Of a stretch of DNA of 64,000 bases, positions 13,701 through 25,424 are shown piece by piece. The DNA comes from Tubulanus polymorphus. Its lineage: Eukaryota; Animalia; Nemertea. Location of the stretch: contig NC_134036.1 of NCBI RefSeq assembly GCF_964204645.1, forward strand, positions 3,100,001 through 3,164,000, read 5' to 3'. How positions within the stretch are numbered: the first letter of the stretch is position 1; each line of letters begins with the position of its first letter. Under the pieces are notes generated by a model, which was given only the letters and a program-made list of their open reading frames with translations, did not search any database and was not told the DNA's origin. Made by a program: the position numbers and the translations under genes.

Positions 13701-14328
13701 AGATTCGTCAATGTGTATAGAGAATAGTTTTAGGAGCTGTCCATAAAAAACGTTGAGAAGGAGAGATTTTTGAACTTAAGACATTTGTGGATTTTGTGAT
13801 TTCACAGTTTTTTGTGGCCAGCCTCAAACTATTCAATATCTATAGAGAAACATTCGGAGGTTTTCAATGAACATTCGACGAAAAACGGAAGGAAACACGG
13901 TCACATAACCAGAATACCATCCTACTATCAACAAATGATACTATCTTTGATGATGAAAATGAAACAATGAAATCCGTTGCGGGAAGTATTAAAGGCGATC
14001 AGGCAGATTTGACGTACTATTTTCGTTGTTGCCTTTAACGCAGACTTTTCGGTGCCTGGATTTTCTTTGGTGACGACGCGTGGGAGTGGAGGGTAGCGAG
14101 ATCGTTCATTTTTGGTCCGTTTTCTACGAAGGAGTTATTTTTTCTATTAGAAGCTTATGAATATAGACAGTGGTCGCGGTCATTGTGTTAGCAGTTTTGT
14201 CTGATGGTCAAAGAATGGACAAGGCATGAATTATGTATGAAACGATATAATACAGTCTACAGTAGGACGCACTAATAACTAGTGACCATACGGAGTATTG
14301 GGTGACATGGTGGCTTAGATACTGACCA

Positions 14329-14435
14329 GGACCCAGTTCCACAGTTGTGAGTTAAGATTTGAAAGTTAACTCATTGAAAATTAACTAATTTTAATTCAGA
14401 GTAAACTCTCACTCACGACTGTGGAACTGGATCTC
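14329..14435. mobile_element. MITE with TIR ccagttccacagt...actgtggaactgg
   Basis: Terminal inverted repeats are visible. Related termini occur at 34312-34450, 59156-59284 and 63633-63860. Confidence 0.7.
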
Positions 14436-17400
14436 AAATGTCTTAGTGTAGCCCAATAATCTTGTTACATTTTCTTCCTCAGGCCCTATTCCTTCTTTAA
14501 ACATTATTTTTGACACGGCTAGATAGTCCGTGCGAGTCTCCGTGTAGACCCTATTATCTTGTTACATATACTTCCTCGCACCATTTCCCCCAATTTTTGT
14601 AATAGAATAATTTGTTAATGGAAATAAATCTAAAGACAAAGATTCAGACATGCATTTTTAGCCAGGGGTATTTTCTACAAAGTTCGTTGATTCAAAAGGC
14701 CAGCCGAGAAGTTTTTGCCCGGACTCGAATCGGGTTCTTGCGGAGGTAATCTGAATGGAAACGTCGCACAGCCCCGCCATCTTGCAGAAGTATATTCAAA
14801 GACGTTACTTATCTAAACCATAACGCAGCATGTCCTAGGGGCATTGAATTCAATTAAAAACATCCTGATCTATGGATACAGACGATGAACTGAGGCATGG
14901 AACGCCGTACAGGTGTAAAAGTGATGACACCTGTGTTGTTGTTGCTACCGGATGATAGAACAAGGTTAGCGGCAAAGAAATAGTTCTTGTCTTCCGAAGC
15001 ACTACTTCTTGCTTTCATTTGAATCGGTGAATATATATGTACCGTTTTGTTATTGTTGACTATCATAACATAACTATGCACACGTTGCTCCACAGCATAT
15101 GTCTTATCAACAATAACATATAAATGTGTTTCAGTGATTTTACGGATAAACAACCTCGCTAAGCATCCAATACCACCATCCGTATCAACATCACCACCGC
15201 CTCCTCATAGCTCATCCGTATCAACATCAACACCACCTCCTTGAAGCTCATCGCTGAGCTTTCCTCGGTTGCATTCCCACCAACAACGCAACACCAGCCA
15301 GACTCGTGTCGCATCACCACAGTCCAGTGCTTCGTCTGACCACTGGCTCCCTTCCAATCGTTGCCTAACTATCCCTTCTGCTATGTTGTCGTTTCCACCA
15401 CCAGTTATGCCTTAATTGTTATTTCCAAAAATCTCGATGTATTAGATTAGGCAGCCATTGTAGGATGATGTTATTCGCTTGTGGTTTCACAGAGGATGCT
15501 ATTTTTGGTCTAGTATCAGGCCTCACGGACCCAGATGTAATTCGCTTGTGCTTTCGGAGAGGTTCCTGTTTTTTGGTCTAGTATCAGGCCTCACGGACCC
15601 AGTATAACAGAAACATCACGTACAAATCATACATGATATAATAACAATATCAATGTTTATAAATATACATAAATAACTTCATCTTATTACTCGGATAAAT
15701 ATTTCACCTGACATAACACGTTAACAGGTAGTTGTATCATCAGGCCTTTAACAAATTGTTAGGTAGTATATAGATTTATATACTTCAATATGATCTAAAC
15801 ATGATATACGTACTTATGGTGGTAAGAAACAAGTGCACCAATTCATAGTATTTTCTCATTAGAATTACGACCGAATTCATTGAACATTTTGAGACGAAGT
15901 AATTTTGCGGTCAATATAACAAGCCTTCGAGATTTTCAGAACGGATACAGAAAGAAAGAATATGCATTATCAAAGCATTGTTACTTCATTGCAGTACCAG
16001 CCAGCTGGGCCGTGCCGGGTTTTTAGGGCAGTTGTATTTCAAGAAAAAGGGCACTTTTTCATCGTGAAAAAGTACTGACCTTAAATAAAGTGCCCGGGTA
16101 CCTGAATATATTTTAGAATGGATGACTTTTCATTTTCCAAAAAAAATTGTGAAAATTCTATCGAAATTTCGAAAAATCTTAACAAAGTTTCTTGGCACTG
16201 ACTTTTTGAAGGGCACTTAGCAAATTTAAGTGCGTCCGTTCGATATCAAAACAAGTGTGTAAGTTCTGGAGATAATCTGTTTTTACAACAACCACGTCAT
16301 TAGGGACAGAAACTAAGTTTGTACGACTAACTCACTTCATTAATACAGGATTCGAACCCACGCAATCTATCGCCTATGACGTCATTTTGGGAGAGCCGGG
16401 ATATCCCAGCCGTCCAATGTAACAATATGTCCCTGACTGTAGTGTATTTTTATTACCTGGCGATCGAATGTAAACAATCTAGCGCTAAGAAGACAGGCAC
16501 TGATCGTCCAGCTTGTTCCAGATCCTATCTAGGATCAATGTCCGAACTGCCGAATTTATGTGTTTACTGAGTGACTCCAAATATCCGAATTTGACGGAAT
16601 AATTTGGCCATAAATTTGATCAGATATATGTTCATAAATCGAGGTCACAGACACAATAATCATCGTACTACCAGCTGACACCGACGTAGAGATAACGATA
16701 TGAGTGAATTTCGACTATCAATGTTTATATGCTGACCTGTTGTTAATGTTATTAGCTAGGATAATTTCGACTTCATTTCGACTTTTGATCGGCGGTAAGT
16801 GACCCATATTTTATACTAAGTAAATTCTAGTTTTTTTTAATGAATAACCATTAATTCATTGGGTGCCATTCTTGGGATCAGCAAGATCGTCTGATTCATT
16901 CAATTTCTAAAATCTAGTCGTTACCACCAATGGAATCAGGCCAGGGTATAACCCGTAAAACCGATCCCAAACGACCCGTTGCGCAGGGGGACACGTACAC
17001 CGTCTGTTATTCAGACTGCCCGTAACATCATCTATGATTTTATTTTCAATTTAATTTCTTGCTGCATTTTGGTGTAAAACGATTCTTTGGAAAAAAAATG
17101 ACTATGAATATCCTTATCTAATCTAAGTATTGCTAACAATCGAAAAAAGTAATGCCATTTTCCCATTTCCATTGCCGCATATTCCGACTGCGCCTTCTAA
17201 ACTGTCAAGGCACCAGCTGGCGCGCTGAGCCGTTTCATTGAACTAACAACAGTAACATGCAGTAACGTGCTAATCCAAATTTAATTAGAAATGTCTCAAC
17301 ACGTATTATGCTTAATGTATGCTAGCAAATGCCAATTGTTAGTAAACGGCGAAGGACTTAAGTAACGCTTTAAAAACCGGTTCGGTATATGTGTCGCAGA

Positions 17401-17452
17401 GTTGAATTTTCTAAATATTCCAAATCCAACTTCAGCCCGCGTTATCAGCGCG

Positions 17453-20407
17453 ATGTTGTCGACGACGGCGAAGAGAAAGTTGATAATTGATACGGATGCT
17501 GGTCTGGATGATGCTCAGGCTATAATGATGGTGCTGGCGGATCCGAACGTTGAGCTGCTGGCGTTGACGACCGTAACCGGTAACGTACACGTCGATCAAG
17601 TCAACGTAAACGTTCTGCGAGTATTGAAACTGTGCAACAAATTGGACGTAAGTTTATACCGCGTAATCTTAGATTTCGTTTGAGCAGGTCGGGGGGCCAA
17701 GTATAAGTAGTCAACCCCCGATATACCGCCCACAACGATTTTGGCGGTATAGAGAGTATGGCGGTATATTGGAAGTGTTTTACTATGTATTTGTATTGAG
17801 ATGTACATTGAGAAAACTTGGAGGTAGGCGGGGGTGGCGTTAAATGGGAGGCGGTATATCGGGGTTGACTGTTGTTGAGTTGGTGAAACGTTAGGGTTAG
17901 AGTTGAGATTTCAATAGTGATGACTGCTTCATTTTTGACAGCGTTGAGATGTACAATTTGGAGTTAAAGACACATGAGTTGATCGTTGAAGTATAACCAA
18001 ATCTGTCATATTTGATGATATTTTCAATTTACAGATTCCAGTATATCAGGGCAGCTCTGATCCACTTGTAGGAGAATATGACAAGGGCGGTGCTGTTAGT
18101 TATCACGGTAAAGACGGACTGGGCGATGTCCCTAATCCAGAAGTGGTAGATATGAGTCTCATCAAGTCGGAGCCAGCCGTCTCGGCGCTTACACGTCTAG
18201 TAAACCAGTACCCAGGTAAAGAAGGATGGTCGATTTTTTATGTTCAGCTCTCTTTGCGAGGTCCATGAGGACACTGCAACGCAGTGCACTCCATGATGGT
18301 ACATGCTTCTGATCCCCTTCTTACAAACAACTCTTAAATCTACCAGAAAAAGCAACAAACCATCCAAATCTACTGAAGAATGAATCATTCTGAACCGAAG
18401 AAATCCACATGAAAAACCGATCCACTGAAGCAATTTGTTTTTCTCTTCAGGTGAGATAAGTCTGGTAGCTATAGGACCGTTAACGAATGTAGCCAAGGCG
18501 ATACGAACTGACGAGAAATTCGGCTCGAAACTGAAAGAATGTTACATAATGGGCGGAAACTATGATGGTAAAAACACAGTTATTTAGATCGTCTTTCAGT
18601 AACTGACCCCTGTACCGTGATATTTAAACACTAGTTTACATTAAGCAACCTTTCAGTAACTGACCCCTGTACCGTGGTATTTGAATACTGGTTTACATTT
18701 AACAACCTTTCAGTATCTGACCCCTGTACCGTGGTATTTGAATACTGGTTTACATTAAACAACCTTTCAGTAACTGTCCCCCGTAAACCGTGGTATTTAA
18801 ACACTGGTTTACATTTAACCTTTCAGTAACTGACCCCTGTACCGTGGTATTTAAACACTGCTTTACATTAAACAACCTTTCAGTAACTGAACCCTGTGCC
18901 GCGGTATTTGAATACTGGTTTACATTAAACAACCTTTCAGTAACTGTCCCCCGTAAACCGTGGTATTTAAACACTGGTTTACATTTAACCTTTCAGTAAC
19001 TGACCCCTGTACCGTGGTATTTGAATACTGGTTTACATTAAACAACCTTTCAGTAACTGTCCCCCGTAAACCGTGGTATTTAAACACTGGTTTACATTTA
19101 ACCTTTCACTAACTGACCCCTTTACCGTGGTATTTAAATACTGGTTTACATTAAACAACCTTTCAGTAACTGTCCCCCGTAAACCGTGGTATTTAAACAC
19201 TGGTTTACATTTAACCTTTCAGTAACTGACCACTGTACCGTGGTATTTGAATACTGGTTTACATTAAACAACCTTTCAGTAGGCCATACTAACTCCCTTA
19301 CTTACAATATATTAAATAACCTTTTCATCCGCGATGGAATGATATGACCCGAAATTTTAAACTGAGATGATATTTTCACAGGTATTGGTAACATTACGCC
19401 ATACGCCGAGTTCAACTTCTACGTCGACCCGGAAGCGGCAAATGAGACATTGACTAAACTAGGCTGTCCAATAACTATCATTACCTGGGAATTGTGTCTA
19501 AGACATCCACTTACCTGGGTAAGTTTTCTTCGAGCCAGCTCTCTACCAAATACAGCTCTCAGGTGAACAAAAATAGCGCGTTCCAAAATTCTGTCAAAAT
19601 AGTTGCCGACCTCGGAGTTTTTTAGATGGTAATTCCAGCTTCCGTTACTGGATGTTCTAATATCAAAGACCACCCATTGAAGATTGTAGGGATCCATAAA
19701 TGCTGGATATGAAAGGCAGGGATTTTCACCGAAAACCATGCATCCTTAAATATGCTTCACCGTTGCAATTGAAGGGGACGGAAGACCACAATCATGTAAT
19801 AATAAAATATCCAAGAAAGGGTTTGCCAGGATATATCTGCCTGGCTGTTTTGAACTCAATGCTTTAAAGGGATGTTGCTGTTAATGGATGGGAGGAGTTC
19901 AACAAACCACTTGACCATCAGATCACATGCAAAAACGACTGCCGTGCTTGAAAGAATCCTGTGAAGAAACGGGAGGAATGCAACAACGTACTGTCCGTTA
20001 TGGACAATGCGATCCTGTCACATGTTTCTGCAAGAGGAACTTAGTGACGCATTTATCTTATGTTACTGTTACAGGAAAGTCGTGACAATTACATCAACAA
20101 TCCCAGCAGTAAGGCGCAGTTCATCAAAATTGCCGAGACGGAAATCGTCGAAAGGCTACGAGACGAGGGGAAGACCTATATCTTTTGCGATCAATATGCA
20201 ACCGCCGCCATTTTGAATCGGTCGTTCGTTTTGGAGACGAAGCGGTGCCGGGCAACGGTGGCGCTGGAAGGTGAAAAACGCGGTATGATGGTTCCCGAAT
20301 GGACGCTTGAAACAGACGATGAACGCACAACAATTGACGTCGTTACGAAAGTCGACGTGGATATATTTTTGAAAATGTTTAACGAAATGTTAACCAGAGA
20401 TGAATAA
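17453..20407 (+). CDS. Inosine/uridine-preferring nucleoside hydrolase family protein, isoform using proximal last exon 5a (320 aa)
   Basis: Exons 17453-17647, 18035-18215, 18451-18567, 19382-19518 and 20075-20407, all GT-AG and in phase. Motifs: LIIDTDAGLDDA (DxDxxxDD), HGKDGLGD, IGPLTNVA, IMGG, AEFNFYVDPEAA, YIFCDQ. Confidence 0.92.
17708..17871. mobile_element. Tc1/mariner-like MITE in nucleoside hydrolase intron 1
   Basis: TIR agtcaaccccc gatataccgcc ... ggcggtatatcggggttgactg. Confidence 0.7.
18593..19281. repeat. ~58-61-bp intronic minisatellite, ~11.5 copies, partly alternating two variants
   Basis: Unit ctttcagtaactgacccctgtaccgtggtatttgaatactggtttacattaaacaac alternates with a ctgtcccccgtaaaccgtgg variant. 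Confidence 0.95.
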
Positions 20408-20635
20408 AATTTCATGTCTATATAGAAAAATACTTCGGCATTACTTCTTCATTTAATTAATGAAAATGGCGCGGATTTTCAAAACCTGGTCACTAACGGT
20501 TTATCTGTTCGAAGCCTTGTTCCCATCCAGAAACCAACATGGTTGACCCTTAGGAAGCTTACACAAAATTGCCGTATCTCTAACCATTCATCAACGTTTT
20601 GATGCTTTTTTTTATCGGTATTTTTGCATTTTCAG

Positions 20636-20983
20636 GAATACTACGACACTTTCATTGGCCGTCCTCATCTACTATGCAAATTTATCGCCGCCGCCGAAAA
20701 TAGATCCGTCACTGGGCAACGCAACAATAACGACCGGTACCGGTGTTCGGATCAGTTCGCCGCGGCGATTGCCATCGACGAATCGGTTGCGGAAGAATAC
20801 GAAGATTGCCGACGTTTTCCGACGGTCAGGCTCGATGGCACCTACGAAGGTATGATGGAGGCGACATTTTGTGATAGGGGAGAACACGCTTCAGAGGACA
20901 ACGAGAAAACGAACGTTCGCGTCGTGACTGTTTTAGATATGAATAAATTCAAATCGTGTTTGGAGAAAATCTGTTCTCTGTAA
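20636..20983 (+). CDS. Alternative (duplicated) last exon 5b of the nucleoside hydrolase (gives a 325-aa isoform)
   Basis: Pyrimidine tract plus ttcag acceptor at 20635, phase 0 like exon 5a. Open 115 aa collinear with 5a (FI..AE, Y...DQ, TV.L.G..GMM, VVT.(V/L)D...F). AATAAA at 21248. Confidence 0.8.
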   Translation, partial: EYYDTFIGRPHLLCKFIAAAENRSVTGQRNNNDRYRCSDQFAAAIAIDESVAEEYEDCRRFPTVRLDGTYEGMMEATFCDRGEHASEDNEKTNVRVVTVLDMNKFKSCLEKICSL

Positions 20984-21584
20984 AAATCGTAGGGCATCAA
21001 TCGGCATTCCTTAGTTAACTTTATTTCATTACATTCGATGAATTCCGTAACGAGTTTTCGTTTTATTTGACGTGAAAATTAGAATACCTATTGTGGAATT
21101 CTTTCTGATGACGGACATCGTGAAGTGCACATTTTAGGACCGGCCGATATCGTTGGCTTCATAGAGAATGTTTTTACCTGTAACAAAAGCATTTATTGTA
21201 AAAGTACATGACGTATACATTTTCATGTGTTGCAATGACCAATTTTGAATAAAACATACAGTTACATTTTACTACAATTGCTGTACAAAAATCAACAGTA
21301 TGATTGTACTATAAGCCTACCAAAACAGAAATCTTGCCATGTAATGTTATAAATGCATTTTTATTGATATAAGCGCACGCGTCTCAGAAATGAAAATCTT
21401 TTTTTATAAACCTTCGATTTATTTCACATAATTTCTATTCATTTCACACAATTTTTATTCGAGTCGGTCTGAAAACAAGGGTCTTCTTGTTCGTGTGCGG
21501 TTGTCACTGCGGACCTGGTTATTACACTACTGTGGCAATCAAGGATCCACTGGAGGCGCCTTCCTTTGAGTTCATCCAAAACTA

Positions 21585-21624
21585 GCCGAAATAGCCCAGT
21601 TGGGAGAGCATTAAACTCAAGATC
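21585..21624 (+). pseudogene. tRNA-Phe-derived 5' half fragment
   Basis: gccgaaatagcccagttgggagagcattaaactcaagatc vs metazoan tRNA-Phe GCCGAAATAGCTCAGTTGGGAGAGCGTTAGACTGAAGATC (recalled; 36/40 matches). T-arm and 3' acceptor strand are absent, and the anticodon is mutated to CAA. Confidence 0.8.
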
Positions 21625-21707
21625 AGAATTTATTTGCTTCTTGATTTTCTCCCAAGCACCACCAGTTGCTCAGCGAGCACCTTAGATTATTATAATAACC
21701 GGTAGCG

Positions 21708-23115
21708 CTATCTATCGGGCAGAAAATGAGCTACGAACTCGGTATAGCTGTAAACATCACCGCATCCGACCGATTTTTCCATCGAGATGAAGTCATCCAA
21801 GTTATGGTTACAATCTGTGGAACACAAGACAAAAAGCGGACAATTTTTTTCGGAGATATTCTCATTTAAAGCCTGAACTGCCAAACGGCGAGACCTACCG
21901 TCAGTTTTAATACACGGATATTCGGGTGGAGGCTGTTGCCATTCACCGGACGACGTTCTCATGTGCGAACGATCGGAAGCGAACTTTTCTAAATAAACTT
22001 CGGCCGGTATTACGCGGAAATATCTGAAATGACAGGTCCAAAATTTTAAGATCATCGAGGAGCTTAGAGTCACAGCCATTCTTCAATATTATCAATGTTT
22101 ACATCTTTAATTTTTTACGCATAATAAATGAGGTTCTTGAAATACACCTGTGATATTTTGTTGCTAAACGTCGATCTTCGTGCAAGAACGCTTTATCCAC
22201 ATAGGTGGCGACACTGGTAGGGAACGACAACCGAGTATCAAGGTCATACACGTGACTTCCGTCTCCGTCGGTAACGTGCAGAAATATCACGTGATAATCC
22301 TGCGAACGAAAAAGTACTGCGTGACAAGAAGAGGTATGCGCAGGCAAAAATTGAAAAAAATCGTGTGCGACACTGCACACATCTTACCCAAACTACCGGG
22401 TCTTCGGGATCATCGGATGCAATTTGTTCCCAAAGCGGAATCTGAAATTAACGAAACCAATGAAGTTTATTTTTTCCAACACTGAGAATAAGCCGTACTA
22501 CGATGGTCTACGTGAATGCGGTGTATAAACGATGATCAAGAGCAGAGGATATTGAAAAGTATTCCCCGAACTCTCGGTACTATAGAGCCCACCCTTAAAA
22601 CTAACTTTGTCACCTCTTCCGGGCAAAATCAATCAGTTCCCATAGACATACCGTTCTATTTGGATTCGATAGAACTACGGCGTAACATTTTTCCAATTCC
22701 GAAGGAATCCGTTTACGAATCGATTCGCACATTTTCCAAACGTTCTCTTCACTGAATCGAGAATAGAAATTCGTGTAGCTGTTTTACCAAGAACATTAAA
22801 CCCTAAAGATCGTTATATTGGCCATGAAACGGGCACGAGGCACGAACCGATGTAATAAAATTATATTTGTAGTTTGAGTTTGTAACGGGTAATGAGCGGC
22901 CGTAGTGAGCTGCGTTAACAAATAATTATTAATTGTCATGGTATTTAGTATAGTATCAGTAGCCCCGCTACAAACCTAGAAAACAATAACGCACAACAGT
23001 GACATCTGCAGCACGTACTAACTACTTACCAAAAACATTTCGTGTAAATGCACTCGTCTTTCGAGGCAAAGAGAATTCCTCGCGATTGAGAGTCGTTTTC
23101 TTCTGTAGCGGCCAT
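21708..23115 (-). CDS. NTAQ1: Protein N-terminal glutamine amidohydrolase (Nt-Q amidase, N-degron pathway)
   Basis: Exons 23030-23115, 22652-22751, 22388-22441, 22148-22299, 21899-22023 and 21708-21814. Motifs: [17 protein letters not shown]|[38 protein letters not shown]. Cys/His/Asp triad is present. Confidence 0.95.
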
Positions 23116-23650
23116 TTCTAATGATTCCATTGTCCGAACAATTCACCGATTAGGCCCTGTTCATCTTCCCAACACTAAATAATTCGTCACGCTTAAATCG
23201 CTAAAATGCACTGATTACTTTTGTCGAGCGGGCCACGACGGATCGGCGATGTAAATTTTACGTTAATGTCAATTCATTACGATAGATGGCAACCCGGTGC
23301 ATGAACACAGTTCAGTGTGGCGGCGGTAGCGCTCGGCTTGAGCCGCCGTTTCACAAAGCGCTGGCGACATGTCCGCCGCGGTATAAGGGCTGGCTCGCGT
23401 GTTTAAGCGGGTTTCTGACCAACTGACCGCGCCAAATCGGATCGGCGTTTTAAGCCGTAACTACGCTAATGTTGTTACGATGTCATTAATTCTTCTACGC
23501 AATAGGACGTTATTGGCAACTTTTTGTTTTTGATACCAGGAAAAAGTTGGCTTTTAATCGAAATGGGATTCGAACCCAGTTCGTGCATGGCAGATCCGTT
23601 CTAGCTTGCCGATATAGGAATTAACCTGCACACACATGCTGTCGACTACC

Positions 23651-23662
23651 GTATATAAATAG
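23651..23662 (+). promoter_or_regulatory. TATA box upstream of thioredoxin
   Basis: gtatataaatag ~110 nt before the ATG at 23771. Confidence 0.55.
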
Positions 23663-23770
23663 CAGTGACCGACCACACCACCACACTCACCACACTCCAC
23701 ATCGACGTGTTTTCTATTAACAGTTCCCAGGGTTCAAGTACAAGTGACGACCGATATTTACACAGCAATC

Positions 23771-25424
23771 ATGGTGTTGGAATTGAAAACGAAGGTGAGA
23801 TTAATTTAAATCAATTTATTTTTTACATCTAATCGAGGCCTAGAGTAGGAGGACATTTATGATTTATATCGAATCGATAGATAGAATGACCCCGTGTGGC
23901 CGTGGCATGTGTGGTCTAATATTATACTATATTATAGTCTAATCGTCTATTTCAACCTGACTTTGAGAGCATTCCGGGTGGCCTAGCGCGCTCATTTTTG
24001 GTAGTACATACCTGATAAATGTCTTAGTTGGACCAGAAGGGACAAGCAGTCGACCTAAATCATCATTTTTTAATCCATTTGACACTGTATTGAAGGATAT
24101 CCAAAAAGTCTTCACTGAAAAGGGTTAAATGAAGAGAAGTGACTCCATGATTTGAAAGTTTAACAAGTTGTTTCCATGCCTACATACCAAACTCAGTTGG
24201 TAGGCATTGAGACATATTGTTAAACTTTCAAATCATGGAGTCTTTTTTCTCTCATGAACCCCTTTCAGTGAAGACTTTTTGGATATCCTTCAATACAGTT
24301 TCAAATGGATTAAAAAAAATTTGGTTAAGGTCGACTGCCAGTCCTTTCTGGTCCTACTAAGATATGTGTGGTCCTGATTTTTATCCCCTGGGCCCTCGCT
24401 CACTTGCCAGGGATAATTTGTTCATTCGGTGAACTCATTATTGGCCTGATAGTACTCTAGGCAATGATTTCCATATAAAACGTTTCGCATTTTCCATTTT
24501 AGCCCGAATTTGATGAATTCATCAAGAAAAACCCGAAAGTCGCTATCGATTTCACCGCCGCCTGGTGTGGACCGTGCAAAATGATTGGACCGAAATTCGA
24601 AAAAATGGAGTCAGAATTTCCAAACGTCAAATTTGTGAAAGTTGACGTCGATGCGAATAGTGAAGTAAATAAGATGAAAGCGTCCTCCCTATTTTCCCAT
24701 AAGGCGAAATGATGAAACCCCTCAATTGTTTTTATGGATCTTAACAAATTGGATTGTTTAATTATTGACCTCTGTTTGTTTGACTCTGTCTAAAAATGCT
24801 GTGCTGCCATGATGATTATGATATGGACATAAGGCCTAGTGACAGTCTATTTATTGGCCGACAGACGAAGGTTTAACTAATATTGAATCTCGCTTCGGTG
24901 ATGCCTACCTTCCATCACCTACCTACCTACATTTAACTACCTTTTTATTTTTTTTTTAGACTTCAGAAGAATGTAAAATTTCGGCTATGCCAACATTCCA
25001 TGCATACCACGATGGCAAAAAGGTAATTGATTTTTATAAACACCATACACTGCCCATCATCCAACCCCGAGAGCTGAAAAATCTTTTCATTTCAATGAAA
25101 AAATGTTTTCGTTAAAGTCCTGATCACAGACGAATAAAGGCCATTCAAAAATTAGAAGAATGGCAATAAAGTTTGTCTTGAGGTGGATGCAGTGGGTCCT
25201 TACATCGGGTTGCCTTGATGCAGGGGTCCTTACATCTGGATTGCCTTGAATTCCTCACATGGGGATGCCAAGCTCGGACAGCAGATTGACCTGCATTACT
25301 TACGAGCATGTTTGTTAGCCTATAGTCTGTTATTATTGTCTGTTTCTAATTTCAGGTCGATGAATTAGTCGGTGCCAGCGAAGATAAATTACGCGCTTTA
25401 TTGAAAAAGCTCAACGACATGTAA
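23771..25424 (+). CDS. TXN: Cytosolic thioredoxin (105 aa)
   Basis: Exons 23771-23794, 24503-24664, 24960-25022 and 25356-25424. Translation MVLELKTK PEFDEF...IDFTAAWCGPCKMIGPKF...KVDVD...ISAMPTF...VGAS; WCGPC active site. Confidence 0.96.
24019..24365. mobile_element. Fold-back (palindromic) element in TXN intron 1
   Basis: Arms of ~160 bp are near-perfect reverse complements, e.g. actgtattgaaggatatccaaaaagtcttcactgaaa / tttcagtgaagactttttggatatccttcaatacagt. Confidence 0.85.

Noticed and set aside
14854-15420. Minus-strand ORF-like, GC-richer segment
   Set aside because: Interrupted by stops, with no recognisable domain or clean splice sites.
17891-17907. TTAGGG telomeric-like seed (also ~60779)
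   Set aside because: Only one or two units; expected by chance.
19860-20045. Possible third alternative hydrolase exon
   Set aside because: Contains stops and shows no similarity to exons 5a/5b.
21105-21157. ctgatgacgg...ccgatatcg as a hammerhead core
   Set aside because: Lacks the required GAAA and convincing stems.
23424-23432. TGACnnnGC antioxidant-response-element core upstream of TXN
   Set aside because: Plausible for thioredoxin but too short and degenerate to support alone.
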